Below, piece after piece: positions 62,497-64,000 of a stretch of 64,000 bases of DNA (positions within the stretch are counted from its first letter, which is position 1; each line of letters begins with the position of its first letter). The DNA is from Lama guanicoe. Its lineage: Eukaryota. Where the stretch lies: positions 918,927-982,926 of the forward strand of contig MU053513.1 in the NCBI GenBank assembly GCA_013239625.1. Reading direction: 5' to 3'. The position numbers and the translations under genes are program-made. The notes under the pieces were generated by a model, which had not been told where the DNA came from, ran no database searches, and was given only the letters and a program-made list of their open reading frames with translations.

Positions 62497-64000
62497 TTTC
62501 TTGCATAGGATGAGGGTTTCCATAACATTGATTTATCAGCAAGTTATTTCTGAAACAGGCAAGGAAACAGTAACAATAAAAATCAGTAATGATAAAATCA
62601 AATTGTAGGTTTACTTGCTCTGTTTTCTCCACCTCCCAACCTATCTTGCCAATCTCCGCCTTGCCCCATTCAAAACCTCAAATTTCACTGCCATCCATTG
62701 TGAAGCCAGTAGAAAGTCAGAGACAATTTTAAGTGCTTTAACATTGCCAATGTGCTCTTTGGAGTGGGGGTGCAGCCCAAGCCCCTTTACTGCTCTGTAC
62801 GTGTAAAATTTCTGCCTCTGAGGGGCTAAATGTCCTACAATTGAATTAAAATGGCTTTCCTGTACAAAGGTGCATTGATATTTTTTATTTAAATATAAAT
62901 ATTATTAGCATGTACGTGAACCTGCAAAATATAATCTCTTCTTTAAACAGTACATATGAGCAAAAATAATTTGATGTTCTCAGCTTTCCACATACTCCTA
63001 TAAAAGACAGAGAAATTCATACTAGCATCATGCAGGTTCCTCATATTCTTTGCTCAGGACAATTTGCAGTCATTTCATTTGCTCTTGCCTAATGTAAAAC
63101 CACAGAAACCAAGCTCCTTTAAAACACAGTCTTGCTTTCTTTAAAGGCAAAAGCCAAAGAGCTATTTTAATACTTGTGGAAAAAAAATAAGAAGGAATTT
63201 TCAGTAGAAAGGAAGAAATATTCTTCAATAAATGCATCTTACTCATATGTAAAATGTATTTGTTTTTGCCTATTATTTATGTTATTTAAATGTTCAGCAT
63301 GGTTTCCTGGACAATAAGATGTCTTTGTTGTGATACAAAGGCAATTTATAGTTTCCACATTTAGTAAACAAGATATTGCGAATTTTTGAGATAAACGAGC
63401 CAGGAATTCTACTAGTTACTAATTTAAGAATTCAGGCATTTTGTTTTATCTGTCACCCTCACCTGAATATCTCATCATTCTGATAAAGAATGCCTCAGAG
63501 ATCAGAAACAAGGATCTTTATTCTTCTGTGTGCTCAAGTATAAGACATGTTTAGCACTCTGTGATTTTTTTCCCAAGTAGATTTGCATGCATAGCTTGAA
63601 TAAGCTGAATAACCCTACACAGCCAAACATTTTTTTTTTCCTACTTGTTGGGACAAGCAGCATAGGAAGCTCACTCCTGCTCACCAAATCTCTGTTTCCT
63701 TGAGACAAAGAATGTAATGTCATTTCTTAGTATCTCCTTGTTTTCTTTATAAATCTCAGAAAAGGTAAGTGGATTAATATATATTTTTGGACTTGAACAT
63801 GACATGATTTTAGACACAAATCATGATGTATATTCAACCTTCTTACAAAATAAATTTAAGGCACTTTTACCAACATGGGTAAAATAGAAACTAGATATTA
63901 TAAATACAAAACACGAGAGTCGCGTCAAAAGAGAAATAAGGGTACAGCCATAAAATGGAGGTAAAATATGAATGCTTTATTCGTCCAGGTTCTGTCCTGT

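Overview
Mammalian genomic DNA, AT-rich and intron-dominated, most likely from a camelid. That attribution is inferred from a Vic-1-like tRNA-derived SINE and camelid-type L1 3' ends. The window holds the 3' portion of the endothelial adhesion GPCR gene ADGRL4 (ELTD1) on the + strand. There are 14 GT-AG coding exons from 5529 to the TAA stop at 56146-56148. They splice in frame into 2051 nt encoding two Ca-binding EGF domains, the GAIN/GPS domain, the 7TM region and a short C-tail. The first exons (signal peptide, EGF1) lie upstream of the window. One exon (12355-12504) is an extra, phase-symmetric EGF module that the ORF track misses and that the canonical human protein lacks. The rest is intronic or intergenic DNA filled with transposon relics. 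These include a young L1 insertion with a perfect TSD, a probable L1 5' UTR, several solo LTRs with TSDs, Tigger/hAT DNA transposons, MIR, L2 and CR1. I found no wholly new multi-gene system. The best leads are the cassette EGF exon with a sense L1 poly(A) signal just upstream, a near-perfect MER53 hairpin resembling miR-1302 precursors, and a post-insertion inverted duplication at an LTR junction. Repeat family names come from remembered consensus sequences and need RepeatMasker/Dfam confirmation.
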